Assembly (NCBI GenBank): GCA_965372795.1
Contig: CBDVDR010000009.1
Span: 58,599 to 122,598 of the forward strand
DNA length: 64,000 nt
Direction: 5' to 3'
Source: an uncultured bacterium
GTDB taxonomy: Bacteria; Zixibacteria; MSB-5A5; GN15; FEB-12
Part shown: positions 61,802-64,000 of the stretch, in pieces
Layout of the letters: the number at the start of each line of letters is the position of its first letter
How positions within the stretch are numbered: position 1 is the first letter of the stretch
Notes under the pieces: model-generated
Told to the model about the DNA's origin: nothing
The model's input: the letters and a program-made list of their open reading frames with translations, nothing else
Databases searched by the model: none
Program-made: the position numbers and the translations under genes

Positions 61802-63238
61802 CTATTTTTTACTCTTACTTTCTTTAAATAGAATTGTTGAGAATCCTTTTATCTTTTCAAAAAGTTCATCAAAAGTAACAATATCGACATCTCTACTATT
61901 GCTTCTAAATAGTTCAAATGATTTTTTTTCATCTTTATTGTGTTTAGATAAAGTACCTACTATAACGATACATTTTGAATTATATGATTGAATAGAGTCA
62001 TTACTTTTAGATTGTAAACTATAGAACTCTTTTTGTAAATTGTCTCTTTGGTCAAGAACTTGATTTATTGCTGCATTAAGTTCTTTGTTTATTGCAAACA
62101 CATCATTACCGCGATAGGGGATCTTGCCTGTAAGTAAAGGTGTTTTGTGAGTCTTGATTTCAATTAAAGCAATATTGTCTGTTAGTTGATTCTTGTAAAT
62201 AAAGTCGGATACTTTCCCACCTGTACCATGAATGCCCTTTCCACCTACATAAGCTTCATCTTCATATAATAGAACGGGAAATGAGAACAATTGAGAAAAA
62301 ATCCAACTATACTCCTTAAAAAACTTCTGCCATCTTTTCTCAAGTTTAGGGGTATGATGCATCTGTTTCATCATTTCCTGAAATTTATCGATAACTTCCT
62401 CAATATAGTATTCCTCAATCTTCTCTTTTGTTATCAATACTTGTTTTTTATCAAGTTTTTCACTGACTTGAGATATATTGTTCACTATATCAAAAAGAGA
62501 AGTAATATCATCAGCAGATAGTTCGCTATTGTTCAATTTGCTCTGTTTTATAAATCTGTTTAAGCTACCCTTTGTATATTTTGTGATTGTACTTTTAAAC
62601 TTATTCGGAAACAGCTTTGCGAGAATATTTACTTCTAATTCCTTTTGCTTATTGGTTTGCTCTACAATTAGAGAGTTTAATTGTGGATATATCTCATTAA
62701 GATCGTTTGCATTGAGAACAATAGTTTTATTTCTATATGATGTCTTTCGTGTTCCACTAACAATTACCGAAGGCAACTTTAATTGCTTGTCTAAAGCTTT
62801 AAGAAGACCATTCAATACTTTTGTAAAACCATATCCCTTTCCCCATACCTTATTGAAACCTCGAGGTAACTTTTCAGGCATATTTTCATAAACAATTGAA
62901 ATTATATTTTTATATTTAGGAATTCCAGTTTTCCAGAACGGATAATGGATAACTTTTTTTACGTTTTTAAAGATTTCTTTTGATTTAATATTTATATTAT
63001 TTTGTTTATCTATGTAATGATAGACATCCTTGGTTGTCGCCTGGTTAACCAGTATTTCATTTGGTTCTAAAGGATTTTGAGTAACTTTCTTCTTTGCTAC
63101 TTTCTTCTTGGCTACTTTTTTCTTAGCTACTTTTTTCTTAGCTACTTTTTTCTTAGCTACTTTCTTCTTAGCTACTTTCTTCTTTGCTACTTTCTTAACA
63201 GCTGTTTTTCTTTTGGTCACTTTCTTCTTTACAGCCAT
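61802..63238 (-). CDS. sduA: Shedu (SduA, DUF4263) anti-phage nuclease with histone-H1-like N-terminal repeats
   Basis: EKRWQKFFKEYSWIF, YVGGK, SDF...LIEIKT PD-(D/E)xK core, AAINQVLDQR, FELFR...IVTFDEL; GGAGG RBS favours a start at 63238/63241. Confidence 0.88.
   Translation of the reverse strand: MAVKKKVTKRKTAVKKVAKKKVAKKKVAKKKVAKKKVAKKKVAKKKVAKKKVTQNPLEPNEILVNQATTKDVYHYIDKQNNINIKSKEIFKNVKKVIHYPFWKTGIPKYKNIISIVYENMPEKLPRGFNKVWGKGYGFTKVLNGLLKALDKQLKLPSVIVSGTRKTSYRNKTIVLNANDLNEIYPQLNSLIVEQTNKQKELEVNILAKLFPNKFKSTITKYTKGSLNRFIKQSKLNNSELSADDITSLFDIVNNISQVSEKLDKKQVLITKEKIEEYYIEEVIDKFQEMMKQMHHTPKLEKRWQKFFKEYSWIFSQLFSFPVLLYEDEAYVGGKGIHGTGGKVSDFIYKNQLTDNIALIEIKTHKTPLLTGKIPYRGNDVFAINKELNAAINQVLDQRDNLQKEFYSLQSKSNDSIQSYNSKCIVIVGTLSKHNKDEKKSFELFRSNSRDVDIVTFDELFEKIKGFSTILFKESKSKK
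63084..63196 (-). repeat. 15-nt coding tandem repeat encoding (AKKKV)7
   Basis: GCTAC recurs at 63096, 63111, 63126, 63141, 63156, 63171, 63186; differences between units are synonymous. Confidence 0.95.
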
Positions 63239-63291
63239 CATTCCCTCCATTTTATAATATGTCCAGAATAATTCTTCCCACGATTTTATAA

Positions 63292-63320
63292 AATATACTG
63301 AACATCACCTGATTCGTCAA
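63292..63320 (-). promoter_or_regulatory. Sigma70 promoter for the Shedu-KAP cassette
   Basis: TTGACG-17-TATATT just inside the right inverted repeat. Confidence 0.6.
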
Positions 63321-63336
63321 CGATTTATTCACCCCC

Positions 63337-63563
63337 CGCAATTTCCCCACAATATCAATGGTGAATGAGAAATCGTACCCCTTTATAAAAGGAGGAACGG
63401 TGAGTTATGTCCAAAATCCCAACCACGAAGTATGCGTAAGTATACAAAATTCACAAAATCACACGATGCAAAATAACACTCAAATTCACAGAATGTGCCC
63501 TTACGGTACCGTAACATTTGAAATATGCGCAAGTATACGAATAATGAGCAAACGAACCCATTT
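63337..63563 (+). repeat. Right copy of the long imperfect inverted repeat (partner 59571-59777)
   Basis: See left copy; carries an extra ~19-nt insertion near 63424-63442. Confidence 0.9.
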
Positions 63564-63617
63564 CATAAATCAAATTGAGAATGTTAAAATTACGCCAGAG
63601 AAAAATACACGAAGTGT

Positions 63618-63859
63618 GCAAACGAACCCATTTTCGTTGTACAACACGCCACCCCAACAACTTACACCGAAAAAAAGGCAGGTCTGCGGGGAGACCTGCC
63701 CTACGAAGAAAATTAACCAAGTATGCGTACGTATACAAAGTATGATTGATTATAAAACACACTAAATGAGCAAACGAACCCATTTTGGTTGTACAACACA
63801 CCACCACAATGACTTACACCGAGAAAAAGGCAGGTCTGCGGGGAGACCTGCCCTACGAA
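63618..63859 (+). repeat. Two ~90-bp direct repeats (period 152) with GCAAACGAACCCATTTT, a 27-bp GTAC..ACTTAC site and a GTAG-type REP hairpin
   Basis: Copies start at 63618 and 63770; identical GGCAGGTCTGCGGGGAGACCTGCCCTAC at 63677 and 63829. Confidence 0.9.
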
Positions 63860-63871
63860 AATATAAAACAC

Positions 63872-64000
63872 ACGAAGTGTGAGATTGCTTCGCTTTGCTC
63901 GCAATGACAGGTCGAAGACATAGACACACCATGTGTGCGAAGTATACGAAGTGTGAGATTGCTTCGCTTTGCTCGCAATGACAGGTCGAAGACATAGACA
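63872..64000 (+). repeat. Two exact 55-nt direct repeats (period 74) containing the REP-like GAGATTGCTTCGCTTTGCTCGCAATGAC
   Basis: 63872-63926 equals 63946-64000; the array may continue beyond the window. Confidence 0.9.

Noticed and set aside
63358..63995. ORFs 63358-63765, 63451-63807, 63713-63904 and 63762-63995
   Set aside because: Built from repeat sequence (KRTHF, TNPF, VIASKAKQS); the 63358 frame hits a stop early in the left repeat copy
63618..64000. Right-end direct repeats as a CRISPR array
   Set aside because: Units of 55-90 nt with only two copies each, REP-like hairpins, intervening DNA is itself repetitive, no cas genes

Overview
AT-rich bacterial chromosome segment. Gene style and a protein with a FlgD/T9SS-type C-terminal domain suggest an FCB-group organism such as candidate division Zixibacteria (inference). 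Most of the window is housekeeping: ccmABCDEF cytochrome c maturation, lepB-rseP-dxr, hbd-ackA, a long minus-strand energy cluster (aldehyde dehydrogenase, arcE-like, arcC, cca, sucCD, korDABC, ndk, larA-like, mdh, icd), coaC/coaB-udg-dnaB-mlaEF-radA-tgt, adaAB, purNCH, glnA and dCMP deaminase. No rRNA, tRNA, CRISPR array or transposase was recognised. Most notable: (1) a three-gene defence cassette at about 59.8-63.3 kb, comprising a Shedu/DUF4263 nuclease with a histone-H1-like (AKKKV)7 N-terminus, a KAP P-loop NTPase and a membrane-anchored coiled-coil protein, bracketed by ~210-230 bp imperfect inverted repeats and REP-like elements; (2) a Cyc2-like cytochrome-porin, a CX4CH cytochrome lipoprotein and YceI in one operon, in a genome with a Cys-type CcmE; (3) a lipoprotein with a Cys-rich C-terminus followed by two paralogous small membrane proteins, resembling a toxin/immunity locus; (4) an arginine-synthetase-like gene next to carbamate kinase; (5) a frameshifted ccmF, an A9 slippery coaC/coaB junction and three Rex-like operators. 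All calls come from reading motifs by eye; no database search was run.
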